Assembly: GCF_006345805.1 (NCBI RefSeq) | Contig: NC_043010.1 | Coordinates: forward strand, 35,154,001 to 35,218,000 | DNA from: Octopus sinensis | Lineage: Eukaryota | Direction of reading: 5' to 3' | Length of the DNA stretch: 64,000 nucleotides | Shown: piece after piece, positions 1-11,728 of the stretch | Layout of the letters: each line of letters starts with the position of its first letter | Position numbering within the stretch: the stretch's first letter is position 1 | Notes under the pieces: model-generated | Databases searched by the model: none | Told to the model about the DNA's origin: nothing | Seen by the model: only the letters and a program-made list of their open reading frames with translations | Made by a program: the position numbers and the translations under genes

Positions 1-224
1 GGAAATTTTACTAGTGAATGTGTTAAATTATAAGGGACAGAAAAAAAAATGACTTTCCCCAGACACAGCAGAATATGCTTCAACACACAAATTCATATAA
101 AGAATCTTGCAAACCAAATCCAAAAACGAAATATTCTATATATGTTTTTTTGGTTATCTTCATATCCATGTTAACATGGATGTCTTGTTAGAAGACTGAA
201 TACTGGATTACTAGTATTGAGAGA

Positions 225-397
225 TCTTCTCATAGAGGTGCTTGCTACATAAAAGCACACACATAGATCATAGTAGACAAGAATCTTCTATCATAGACAC
301 CAGAACTCATTGTGTTCTGATACCGGTGAGAGACGAATCTCATCTGCTATAATCTATGTGTCTGCTTTTATGTATCAAGTGCCAATATGAGAGAATC
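225..397. repeat. Imperfect palindromic (foldback/MITE-like) repeat
   Basis: Arm tctcatagaggtgcttgctacataaaagcacacacatagatc...cagaac (from 228) is the reverse complement of gttctg...ctatgtgtctgcttttatgtatcaagtgccaatatgaga (to 392). Arms are about 80 bp with a short loop. Confidence 0.7.
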
Positions 398-570
398 GTT
401 CAAGGCTAATAATGCAGTGCTCAGTGTTTTAACAAGATATCCAGTGTTAAGGTGGATATAAAGATTACATTTTGATATTATATTGTTTCTGTCAGTAACA
501 ATAATTTTGTGGTTATTTATTTTCATATCTATATTCTTCATTTAATGTATTGAAACATCTGTGTATATCT

Positions 571-780
571 AAGGCAATGAGCTGGCAGAGCCATTCACAT
601 GCCAGATAAAATGCTTAGTGCCTTTTCTTCCGTCTTTATGTTCTGAGTCCAAATTCCACCAAGGTTGACTTTGCCTTTCGTCTTTTCAGGGTCGATAAAA
701 TAATTACCAGTTAAGTACCGGGGTCAACTTAGACCCTCTCTTGAAATTGCTGGCCTTGGGCCAAAATTTGAAACCAATAT
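571..780 (+). mobile_element. SINE-like repeat family B
   Basis: Shared body ggcNNtgagctggcag...aaatgcttag...gagttcaaatt...gactttgcctttcatcc...gataaattaagtacc. It recurs at about 7880-8120, 26745-27090, 33140-33345, 37140-37340 and 59690-59925. Confidence 0.75.
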
Positions 781-1282
781 CTGTGTTTGTGCAAGTATGT
801 GTTTATGCTTGTGGACTTGTGAGTGTTTGCATGTGAATGTGTGTGCTTGCATGTGTGTGTACTCGTCAGTGTTTGTGTGTGCAAGTGTGTGAGAGTTTGT
901 GTGTGTATGTGTGTGTGTACTTGTGAGTGTTTGTGCATGTGTTTGTATTTGAATGTGTGTGTTTGAGTGTGTGTCTGTATTTGTGAGTGTTTGTCTGTGC
1001 GTGTATGCTGTGTAGATGCCCCCAGGAGAGAAGTGGGCTGGTCCACTACAAATAAATAGTGGATTGTCACAGTCAGTAGCCCTGTGATACATCAGTGGTG
1101 CTGAGGAGTCGTAGCTTACGCAGTGAAAAATGATTTTGAAGAAAAAATCACAGTGAAAAAATGTTTCTGAAGTAGGATTTGAACTAACACAAAACTACAT
1201 ACAGTCAAAAATAATATACAAACAGTGAAAAGCGATATATACCCAGTGAAATTGAAAAAAGATTTATTTTGAAAAAAAAAAA

Positions 1283-1301
1283 ATGGTTCTGTGTAGAACG
1301 A

Positions 1302-1357
<56 letters not shown>

Positions 1358-1630
1358 GTCCGTTTGAAGGATTTATAAGTCAGGTTGCTATATGTAGTAA
1401 TGCTACCAGTAATAATGTTAGACTTGGTACTACCTGCAGGCATTTTGAAAAAAAAAACTATGGTTCTGTGTGAAACAAAAAATAATAATAATCCATGCGA
1501 AGGATTAAATAATTCTGTGAGCAACAAAGAATTTACAATGATACAAGAAGAATAAAAAAGCTATGGTTCTGTGTGGAATGACAAAATTAATAATAACTCT
1601 GTGTGAAGGATTTAATAATTCTGTGTGCAA
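1283..1630 (+). repeat. Three diverged tandem units (atggttctgtgt...aataataat...gaaggattta) with an (AAT)n expansion in the first
   Basis: atggttctgtgt occurs at about 1283, 1461 and 1563, each followed by gaaggatt(t/a)a. The (AAT)n run is at about 1302-1356. Confidence 0.7.
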
Positions 1631-2499
1631 CCAAGAATTTATGATGATTCATTTAAAGCGAGTCATGCAAGATTTCAAACATAAGCAGACATCATCTGTT
1701 GAAATTGAAAATAACCAGTTGCTAAGAAGGTTAAAAGGAACAAAGAGGATGCAATCTATTTTGTGATCGAGAATACTAAACCAGTCCTTGGAAAGACTTG
1801 AGATGAAATGTCAACTTGTGAAGGAAAAGTCGTAGAAATGGGAAATAAATAAATACTTCTGTGTGTTTAGAAAAAACAAAAAATTTCAAAAGGGGGGCTG
1901 TTCTGTGGATGCCCCTAGGAGAGAAGAGGGCTGGTCTACTATGAATAAATAGTGGATTGTCACAGCCAGTAGTGTCGTTCGGTGAAGGTATGCTGTTCGA
2001 ACCTGCGATACATCAGTGTATGTGTGTGTGTGTACTTCTGAGTGTTTATGTATGCTTGTGTGTGTTTGTGTGTATGTGTGTGTACTTGTGAGTGTTTGTG
2101 TGTGCATATGTGTGTTTACGTGCCCATGTACTTGTGACTGTGTGTGTGTATGTGTGTTTACATGCACATGTACTTGTGACTGTGTGTGTGTTTGTGTGTG
2201 CATGGGTGTATGAATTTGTGATTTTTGTTAAGCTGAGGCTATGGTTGAAGTAACATACCAAAAACACTATATTCAGTGAGTTCAATCACTTGAATTAAGT
2301 TAATTGATAAGTAACCTTCTTAACTACACATCCATAACTTCGCATACCCATGGGCTTTGTTAGGCTGACCTGCTCCAAATAGCATTGCAAAATGAGCAGA
2401 ATTTGTAAACAAACAAATAAAGTACTAACTCAAAACAAGTTGTCATAATATAACCTATTTGCCTCTTTGCTCTTTCTCACCCAGTCTCATCATCATCAT

Positions 2500-2541
<42 letters not shown>

Positions 2542-2592
2542 CATATGCATATATATACATATATCTACATATATATATATACATACATATAC

Positions 2593-2623
<31 letters not shown>

Positions 2624-3011
2624 TGTATAACTAATGTAGGATAAAATTTTTATCAATGGCCAGCATATCAAAAAATACCTTTAAAGGTTAAATTTATAAA
2701 TAACTTACAAAAATTCTAATGCCAAATATGCCGAAAAAAAGACAAAATTGTCCATAACCATTATAATTTATGCGACTCGAAACAAACTGATAGAAATTTC
2801 TAAAAAATCCGTTATTACCGTATTGATTTCAATTTCGGGGTTAATTCATAAGAATTTTCCCCTCTTCAGCGATAAATATGTAAGACATAAATGGAATACT
2901 TACTCATACCCATGGAAAAAGCAAGCACTAAGTCCTGAGCAGACCTAAGTACCCCAAATATATCCAAAATAGAAAATCTTCGGCACAAATAACTTTTGTA
3001 AGTTATTTATA

Positions 3012-3084
<73 letters not shown>

Positions 3085-3129
3085 TATATATATACATATA
3101 TACATATATATACATATATATATGCATAT

Positions 3130-3198
<69 letters not shown>

Positions 3199-3199
3199 T

Positions 3200-6195
3200 A
3201 ATAATAATTGTGTACAGTGCTCAGGTGCACTACAACTCATCTAAAGTGTATATATAATCAGGTGTAGTTTCGGCGGATTTCGGAAAGCATGAGGGCCTTA
3301 AAAGATGCAGTGTCATGGCAGTCAACAACTGACGCAGGCAGTTTATTCCATGCTTCAGCAACTCTGAGCGTGAAAAAATGTTTCCGAAAGTCATGGGAGC
3401 TGTATTGTTTTCTGACTTTGTAGGCATGTCCACGTGTGTTAGACACATGGAGATCAAAAAGGTGTTCAGTGTTGTTGTTGGTGAGGTGGTTGATAACTTT
3501 GTGGGTGTTTACCAAGTCCGTCGCCAAACGCCGGAGCTTCAGTGAATCCATGCCCAGAGAAACAAGGCGTTCAGAATATGGTAGGTGTCTGATGGAGGGT
3601 ATGCGTTTGGTTGCACGTCTCTGGACAGATTCCAGGAGGTCAATGTTCTGTGCAAGATAGGGGTTCCAAACTGATGATGCGAATTCCAAGTGTGGTCGTA
3701 CCATAGCTGTATACAGTTTTAAATAGATGGCTGGAGAGCGGCTAACAAAAGACCTTCTGAGTGATGCTAAGACACCCTCGGCCTTCCTGACAATCTTAGA
3801 GATATGCTTTGACCAACGCAAATCACTGCTGACAGTGATGCCTAGGTCACGCTCGCAAGAGGATTTCTTGATATCAGTGTTGTGGAGGGAGTATGTGAAC
3901 GCAGGGTTTTTTCTCCCAAAATGCATGGTGGTACACTTGTCCACAGCCAGTTTCAGTTGCCAGTCTGTGATCCATTGCTGCATTGTGTCTAGGTCTGATT
4001 GCAGGAAAGAGTTGTAGACATCAGGATCTCTCCTCTTGATTTCAAGGTACAGCTTGATGTCGTCTGCATATTTCAATACTGTGGCATTCTTTAAATTGGC
4101 ATCTATGTCGTTAATGTATGCCACAAACAAGAGGGGACCAAGGACAGATCCCTGTGGTACACCCGATGACATCTCATATGGTGTAGAGTGCTGTCCTAGA
4201 ACTGTGACTACCTCCTTTTGGCTGAGGATGAAGGATTTCAACCAGTTAAAAAGGTCATCCCCCACACCCATTGCAGAGAGTTTCACCATAAGCCTTTTGT
4301 GTGGCACAGAGTTGAAAGCCTTAGCAAAGTCAAGGTAGACAACATCCACCCATGAGCCACTGTCAGTAATCTGAGTAATGTCCTCAAGGAACTCGACAAG
4401 CTGGTCACTGCAGCTGGAGTTAGGAACAAATCCATATTGTGAGGGTCGGATGAGACTGTGAGAGCTCCAGAAGTTCCAGAGTGTTTCTCTGACACACGAT
4501 TCCATCAGTTTTGCAATACAGCTAGTGAGACTGACTGGGCGATAGTTGACAGGTGATGTGCGGTCGCCCTTTTTGAACAGAGGAATGACACTGGCAGTTT
4601 TCCACTGCTCCGGAGTAGCACCATTGTTGAGACAGTACTGGAAGAAAATAGAAAGCTGGTGTAAAAGGAAGTGCCTGCCACGTTTGAGAAGCAGGTATGT
4701 AACTCCATCGAGACCAGGGGAGGCATAGTTGCGCTTATTTTGAAGGTGACGTCGCAGCATTGCAGGTGTAAATTCCATAGTTGTTATGGAGTTTGCTGTT
4801 AGTGATGGTGAAGATGGTACATTTTGACTTTCAACAGTGAATATGTTTGCATAGCACTCGGCAATGAGTTCTGCGCATTCCTTGGGGTCGTCAGTGATCT
4901 GGTTTGTGTGAGGGTTGCAAAGAGGGCCCACTGGAGAGTGAGGTCTCTGCTTTGAGTGCACATATTTCCAGAAAACCTTGCTGTCAGGATTGGCTGCTAT
5001 GCACTGTTCAAATTCAAGCACTGCCTTTTTTGTCACTTGCTTGAGATGGTTGGAGGATTTATTCCGCTTCTTCCTGTTGGTGTCTGATTTATGCAATCTG
5101 TATTCCCGTTCAGCAGTCCGACGTTCCCTCCTGGCAAGTCGGACCGCTGAAGTTTCCCAAATTGCCCTTTTGGGGCGGTTCTTCTTTTTTGGTTTACGTA
5201 GCACTGATGCTGCACATGCTGCCCATATTGAGTCCAGGATACTCTGGAGTATAGTATTCACATCTCCAGAGTTGTAGAATTCACGCCAGTTTGGGTGCTG
5301 TAGTTCAGTGTGGTACAGGTTCCAATCTGCTCTCTTCCAATCGAAGGAAGCAGATTGGAGATGGTTCAGGTTTTTGTTGCCCGCAAGAGCCAGATTGGCG
5401 ATGATCATAGCATGATCAGAGTCACCTAGAGGTTCCTCCGTAGTGCAATTGATAACCGCTTCAGGAGTTGTGGTGAAGAGCAGGTCCAAGGTGTTGTCGC
5501 CTCTTGTTGGAGAGGTGACTACTTGTGACCAGTTTGAGTCCAGCACAAGCTCAACAAAATCGTTTGCACTCTGTGGCCAATGGAAGGTCTCCCAATCGAT
5601 CTCAGGATGATTGAAATCGCCTGCAATAAACACATAAGTGGCTGTTTTCCTGGCAGCAGCTCGGAGGACATTGCAAAGCTGTGTGTCCCGATGGTAACTT
5701 GGGGGACGATAAACAACGCCAAGCAGGAGTGTTGACATGGTCATACGCACGTCACAGAAAAAAACTTCTTCTTGTGATTCGTTCAAATCGGCACAAGGAA
5801 TTACCAAAAAATTTGAACGAACATAGACCATCACACCACCACCACGGCGGTTAGTGCGGTCCTTACGGAAGAGGTTGTACCCCGTAATGTTGAAAACCCC
5901 ATCACAGAGTAAGGAATGCGCCCATGTTTCCGTGACAGTGATGAAGTCAGGGTCAACACTTCTGACGTAGGCGTTGAACAAATGTATTTTGTTGCATAAA
6001 CTGCGAGCATTTAAGGACAACAATTTGTACCCTGCTCGCAGTTTATGATGGTGTGTAGAGGATGGCAGGTTGTTCTGGCTTAGTTTCCCTGAGTTGCTGT
6101 AGTCTTTTTAGTTATTGTGGGTAGAGAGCACTCAGACCAGCTGGTATCTCTCTTCCACGTTTCAGCAGTCTTGACAAATCTCCAGATTTGTCCAT
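3200..6195 (-). mobile_element. 5'-truncated CR1-group LINE (end of ORF1, full ORF2, short 3' UTR with (ATT)n tail)
   Basis: ORF2 carries APE and RT domains. The 3' UTR is about 50 bp with a gtgc-acctga-gcac stem-loop and an attattattatt tail. A probable ORF1 tail (KSGDLSRLLKRGREIPAGLSALYPQ*) ends at 6112. (TA)n tracts flank both ends. Confidence 0.92.
3258..6023 (-). CDS. LINE ORF2: apurinic-like endonuclease plus reverse transcriptase (921 aa; frame stays open upstream to 6107)
   Basis: APE motifs NARSL, VTETW, YRPP, GDFNHP, LDL, SDH. RT motifs NYRPVSL, QYGF, YLDFAKAF, GVPQGSVLGPLLF, KYADD, ERDLG. CR1-type C-terminus (VRPHLEFASSVW, VQRRATK, RVAEAWNKLP). Confidence 0.95.
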   Translation of the reverse strand: MLSLNARSLCNKIHLFNAYVRSVDPDFITVTETWAHSLLCDGVFNITGYNLFRKDRTNRRGGGVMVYVRSNFLVIPCADLNESQEEVFFCDVRMTMSTLLLGVVYRPPSYHRDTQLCNVLRAAARKTATYVFIAGDFNHPEIDWETFHWPQSANDFVELVLDSNWSQVVTSPTRGDNTLDLLFTTTPEAVINCTTEEPLGDSDHAMIIANLALAGNKNLNHLQSASFDWKRADWNLYHTELQHPNWREFYNSGDVNTILQSILDSIWAACAASVLRKPKKKNRPKRAIWETSAVRLARRERRTAEREYRLHKSDTNRKKRNKSSNHLKQVTKKAVLEFEQCIAANPDSKVFWKYVHSKQRPHSPVGPLCNPHTNQITDDPKECAELIAECYANIFTVESQNVPSSPSLTANSITTMEFTPAMLRRHLQNKRNYASPGLDGVTYLLLKRGRHFLLHQLSIFFQYCLNNGATPEQWKTASVIPLFKKGDRTSPVNYRPVSLTSCIAKLMESCVRETLWNFWSSHSLIRPSQYGFVPNSSCSDQLVEFLEDITQITDSGSWVDVVYLDFAKAFNSVPHKRLMVKLSAMGVGDDLFNWLKSFILSQKEVVTVLGQHSTPYEMSSGVPQGSVLGPLLFVAYINDIDANLKNATVLKYADDIKLYLEIKRRDPDVYNSFLQSDLDTMQQWITDWQLKLAVDKCTTMHFGRKNPAFTYSLHNTDIKKSSCERDLGITVSSDLRWSKHISKIVRKAEGVLASLRRSFVSRSPAIYLKLYTAMVRPHLEFASSVWNPYLAQNIDLLESVQRRATKRIPSIRHLPYSERLVSLGMDSLKLRRLATDLVNTHKVINHLTNNNTEHLFDLHVSNTRGHAYKVRKQYSSHDFRKHFFTLRVAEAWNKLPASVVDCHDTASFKALMLSEIRRNYT

Positions 6196-6225
6196 ATATA
6201 TATATATACATACATATACATATAT

Positions 6226-6279
<54 letters not shown>

Positions 6280-6384
6280 GAAGGTTTGAAAATGCAATTT
6301 TAAAAGATGTTTATTCACTTGACCCATTTCACTTTTTTAGAAAAAGATTGTCAAAAGAAACATGTATAATCTTTGTTGTGTTAA

Positions 6385-6775
6385 GTACAGGTCATCACAA
6401 AAAATTACAATACATATATACATTCTTTGATAATAATAAGAAAATGTTAAAAACAGTTTACAGAAAAAATCTTGAGAAATTATTAAAAAGTTCATAGAAA
6501 ATATTAGGATTTCATTAAAAATCATGTTTTTCTAAATATATCTCCTTCTGTGTATATATATACAACCAAAATATGACCTTTTTGAACTTATAATTTTCTG
6601 TGTATATATATATATAGATACTTCCAAACAAACATGACTTTTAATGAAATCCTAATATTTTAATGAACTTTTTAATATTTTCCCAAGATTTTTCTTTGCA
6701 AACTGTTTTTAACATGTTCTTATTATCATCAAAGAATGTATATATGTATTGTAATTCTTTGTGACAACCAGTACA
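6385..6775. mobile_element. Palindromic MITE, Tc1/mariner-like (TA-flanked)
   Basis: About 145-bp inverted arms (tacaggtcatcacaaaaaattac... / ...gtaattctttgtgacaaccagta) with a spacer of about 100 bp. Confidence 0.65.
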
Positions 6776-6779
6776 CTCT

Positions 6780-7760
6780 GTTTTTTCGTTGTTTAAGAAA
6801 AATGTCCAGTTCCTTGGTTTTGTGTTTTATGTTTTCGTTTCTCATTGTGTTCAACGGTTTTTTGGTGTCTTGTACCCATATATGCATGTAGATGTAGGTA
6901 CGTACATATATGTATGTATATATGTATATGTTTTATTTATTACTTTGTTATTACACGACAGAACGCACGCATCCATTTCTAAGTAAGTTTGTTCTTAATA
7001 TTAATACTGATGCACACTCTTAACCTTTCTGTCCCGCTCCCTTTCTCAGCCTTCCTTCTTTCTGGTTTCCTTTTCTTCTACCTTACTGTCTCTCCCTCCT
7101 TCTCTCTCATTCTTCATTCTTTCTGGTTTTTTCTACAACCATTCCTCTTTTTTCTCTCCCCTTCCCTTTCTCTTACTCCTCCTCCCCTGTCCCATCGCTG
7201 GTCAGCGATGAGGAAACTACTGTCTTTTCTGACCTTGCTTCACCCGAGTGTAGACGGCATTTTCTGTGGCTCCTTCGCTGTTCTCAAAAATAGCATTCGT
7301 AATATTTTATCTCGTTCGGCTTAACAGCCCTTCTTGTCTGTGTTACTGTTATTCTACTTGTCCTATCTTTTACTGATTATATTTTGTACTGTCGTTACTG
7401 TCCTGTTTTTGTTACCATTTTTACCCCTCCGCAAAAAAATCTCAAATTTTATTTAATTTGATTTTCGCGGGAAGGAATGTTTCAGCCGAAGTCGCGTCTT
7501 GCCTTCACCTTCGAAACGCAGAGTAGATGAAACCATGGTGACTGAAGAAGGGGAATTTTCCTTGTGTTATTTGTCCTGTACTCTATATTTTCGTTGTTTA
7601 AGAAAAATGTCCAGTTCCTTGGTTTTGTGTTTATGTTTTCGTTTCTCATTGTGTTCGACGGTTTTTTGGTGTCCTGTACCCATATATGCATGCATATATA
7701 CATGTAGATGTAGGTACATACATATATGTATGTATATATGCATATGTTTTATTTATTAAT
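6780..7760 (+). mobile_element. Partial-tandem repeat resembling Penelope-like pseudo-LTR arrangement (tentative); related copy at about 10395-10860
   Basis: 6780-6960 is a direct copy of 7588-7757, separated by a pyrimidine-rich stretch. It contains cgaaacg...ctgaagaagggg, and the 10560-10780 copy shares this architecture. No RT or GIY-YIG coding sequence is seen. Confidence 0.4.
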
Positions 7761-8282
7761 TTGTTATATATATATATATATATACTAGCTGAACTCATGA
7801 AAAATTCACAGAAAATATAAAAAATGTAAGCTTCTGTAAATTGTGTGCTGGTGTCATGAGAAATATTTTTATATTGCGACAGAGAGCTGACGGAAACATT
7901 AGCACACCAGACGAAATGCTTAGCGGTATTTCGTCTGTCTTAGCGGTATTTCATCTGTCTTAGCGGTATTTCGTCTGAGTTCAAATTCTGCCAAGGTTGA
8001 CTTTGCCTTTCATCCTTTTGGGGTCAATAAATTAAGTACCAGTTGCGTAATGAAGTCGATCTAATCGACTGGCCCTCTCCCACAAAAATTTCAGGACTTG
8101 GAACTGTAGTAGAAAAGTATATTGTGACAGTTACAGAATATAGAAAGAAGTGTAAAACCGATAACTATATAATCCAACCAAAATATCTTAGTTAAGCAAA
8201 CATAAACAGAATTACTATTTAGCCTTCAAATACATCGTACATATTCAGAGAACCCTCTTGATTTAGTGGTACAAAACGTTGT

Positions 8283-8520
8283 ATTCTTTTATTCTTTTAC
8301 TTGTTTCAGTCATTTGACCATGGCCATGCTGGAGCACTGCCCTTTAGTTGAAGAACGTGACCCCTGAACTTATTCCCTGGACTTTTTCCTTGTAAGTGGT
8401 TATTCTATCAAACTCTTCTGCTGAACAGCTAAGTTTCAGGGATGCAAACACACCAACATCGGTTGTCACACAATGGTGGGAGGGGGACAAACACAGACAC
8501 ACACTCACACACACATAAGT
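8283..8520 (-). mobile_element. tRNA-derived SINE family A, 3' portion
   Basis: Matches the 3' end of family A (ttttacttgtttcagtcatttgacc..ggccatgctggagcac...). Confidence 0.8.
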
Positions 8521-8530
8521 ATATACATAT

Positions 8531-8578
<48 letters not shown>

Positions 8579-8579
8579 C

Positions 8580-8902
8580 TGGTTTGGAGGTGGTGGTGAT
8601 GCTGGCTGGTGCGATCTTGTGGTTTGCTGGTATGCTGAGAGAGATCCAGCTCTGTTTCTCCTATTTTCTAAGTACATCTGCCTTTGCTCTTGACTCATGT
8701 GTTCTTGATTCTGTAGATCTCTATCTCTCTTATTTTGAATCCTCTGCCATAGGATACATTCCCTCTCCTCTTGGCTTATTTCATTTCTTCTCTGTCTCCT
8801 CCTCACGCGATTTTGATTCCTTATTTCCAGCCGCTGTTCCTCACGCAACAGTTCTCTCCTATGCTGATGCTCTTGTGCTGTTTCCTTCATGTGATTATTC
8901 AT
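8580..8902 (-). pseudogene. Arg/Glu/Gln-rich coding remnant with about 23-aa periodic units, STPR-like (Helitron Rep/helicase N-terminus?)
   Basis: Units LREEQRLEIRNQNRVRRRQRRNE (23 aa), ISQEEREC... and MSQEQRQMYLENRRNR. The ORF then runs into a microsatellite and SINE. Confidence 0.45.
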
Positions 8903-9724
8903 ATTTTAAAACTTGTTATTAAAACAATAAATCTCCAAAATGATTCAGAGTGGTTCAATTGAAAAGCATATATTAGACAGTTTTTGTTTAAAAGGTGAAA
9001 ATATTTCTGAAATACTTACCTAATATGCAAGAACACATTATATAGGATACAGTAATTAATTATATTGCAGGTAAGTAAAAAGTAAAGGGGAAAAAATAGA
9101 ATTAATATATTTGATTTTGTTCAGTTCTATGAATTTAATTTTTTAAAATGCTTTCATCAATTGCTTGATACAAGAAAAAATAAATTGGAAAAATCCTGAC
9201 CAAAACAGAGAAATTCCAACTTTATAAAAAATATAGAAAGAAAAAGTTGCATTTATTTCCACCATGTGACACTTATTATCGCACACACTCACACACGCAC
9301 ACATATATTTATATATGTGTATATGTTTGTGTGTTTATGTGTGTGTGTGTGTGTGTGTGTGTCTTTTAGTTTTTGTTTACTTATACACATCAACAAACAA
9401 GCCAATTGAACAACTTTGTGTGGTTGTTCAGTTTGCTAGAAATAACAGCCAAATCTCTCTCATACTGTGCTCCTGTTAGTATTAAGGAAAGGGAAAATAG
9501 AATTAATATTTTTGATCTTGTCCGGCTCGAGGAATTTTTCTTTTAAATGCTTTCATCCATTACTTGATAGAAGAAAAAAGAAATTGGAAAAATCCTGACC
9601 AAAACAGAGAAATTCTAACAAAAATATAGAAAGAGAAAGAAAATGTATTCAAAAGCCAAAAGATGTTTTTTAGCTGAGGTGTAATTTTATAATTAAAACA
9701 AATTCAAAATTAAAAAATAAAAAT

Positions 9725-10260
9725 GCAGCTTCTTGAGATCCAGAGTGAATTGCAGAAGGTCCTCAACTCTAACTTACAGAAAATGTCAGTGGTTTAATCG
9801 TGGAGAAGAGCTAGCTCAGCAGCCCAGAAGTGGTCTGCATCTAAGGAAGATTCTTTTGAATGTTTAGTTGGATATGCATGGAATAGTTTATCATGATCTG
9901 CTTGATAATAATCACCAGTAGCTCCTGGTGTACACTGCCAACAACCAACACACTTGAAAGCAGCTTTACAGCAAAAACATCCATCATAACAAACACACGA
10001 GTCATCCTTCATCGTGATAATAATGCACTAAAGACCAAAGATCTCCTAGGAAAATATGCATGGGAAATTATACATAACCCACCATATTCTTCATATCTTA
10101 CATCTCTTTACAATTTTACAGAATCATTTGCATGGATTAAGACTTATTTCAAGAGCAGAAGTTAAAAACTAGTTAATTTCCTTTTCCACTTCTAAGCTTA
10201 AGGATTTTATCAATGTGGAATCAAAAAGCTTATTGACAGATGAAAAGAAGTCATAGAGAA
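9725..10260 (+). mobile_element. Decayed mariner transposase fragment (catalytic domain)
   Basis: Frameshifted motifs resembling WWDMHGIVYHDLL, VILHRDN and WEIIHNPPYSS (HPPYSPDL box). Confidence 0.75.
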
Positions 10261-10351
10261 GAATGATGACTATATTAACAATAAAATAGATCGGATATTG
10301 CTTTTTTTAAATGTTTTATTGAACCTTAAAAAACAAAACTTTTGTTACAAC

Positions 10352-10391
<40 letters not shown>

Positions 10392-10984
10392 AGAAAAAAA
10401 GGCTCTTTCGTTCGTCCTCTTGTGTATTTGATTTCCTGTATTGTATTCTCTTTTTATTTTCTCGTTTTGTAATTAATTGTATTTTTTGTACATGTATTTT
10501 TATTTTTGCAGTTTTATTGTTACGTCTTGTTCGTGTTCGTACTCATTTTGCCCCGCTGCTTGGAATTTTATTTTAATTTTCTCGCAGGAAGGCCTATTGG
10601 ATTAGTGTTCTGTCTCTGCCTTCAAAACATGCCTGACTCCACTAGCGACAGCTGATGACGGGGGTTTTGTCCTTGTGTAGCTCGTCCTGTAATTGTTTTT
10701 CGTTTTCTTGTTTTTTGTTTTTTCCATTTCTACGTCTTATTGTGATGTCCTGTACTCACGTATAATTATTTATATATGCATGTATATATACATGTAGATG
10801 TAGGTACGTACATATATGTTTGTATGTATGCATATATTTTTATTTATCACCTATATATATATATATATATTTCCCTCCTCTCTGTTAGGAAGCACAAGAA
10901 CCTATACACACGGAAACTTCTGCCTACCAAATTCAATCATAAGGCTTCAATATACATATATGTATGTATGTATGTATGTATGTA

Positions 10985-11400
10985 TAAAAGAAAAAGAAAA
11001 TGGAGATTGGGAAGGTAATAATTGTTTATTAATAACAAATCAATCATCATCCCTTACAGCTGTTTCAATTAAAATTCAGTGAATCAATTAAATATTAAAT
11101 TCACATGCCCTGAGCATAATATCTTCAGAGGGAAAAAAAATATACCCTTGGATGTTTTATATTTGTGTTTATGGATTCATTATATCAGTCTGATATAATG
11201 AATCCATAAACACATATTTCAAACATCTAAGGGTATAATATCTTTTTACCCTCTAAAGATATTATGCTCAGGGCATGTGAATTTAAGATTTAATTAATTC
11301 ACTGAGTTTTAATTGAAACAGCTGTAAGGAATGATGATTGATTTGTTATTAATAAACAATTATTACCTTCCCAATCTCCATTTTCTTTTTCCTCTTTTAT
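10985..11400. mobile_element. Palindromic foldback MITE, about 205-bp imperfect arms
   Basis: Centre tatcag-t-ctgata at 11189. The arm aaagaaaatggagattgggaagg... mirrors ...ccttcccaatctccattttcttt. Confidence 0.8.
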
Positions 11401-11728
11401 ATGAATATAAACCATATGGTTTTATATATATATATATCTCTTATTTTAAAGAAATCGATTCCCCCAAAATATTAGGTATTGAACCAGTGTTTCCTTGCAA
11501 GAAACCATCTCTTCATGAGGCTAACATAACCTCTAATTGAAAATATATATATATATATATATTTCATAGCTGCACTTGTTTGGGAAGAGTTACTTGACAT
11601 CTTGTGCACTTGAAACTGAAACAATTATATCATGGGGCAATCATTTTTAGACATCACACAACTGTTATATTCAATTGTAAAGTGTCAAAATAGATTTCAA
11701 GGAATTGCATCAGTAAGTCATAAAAATA

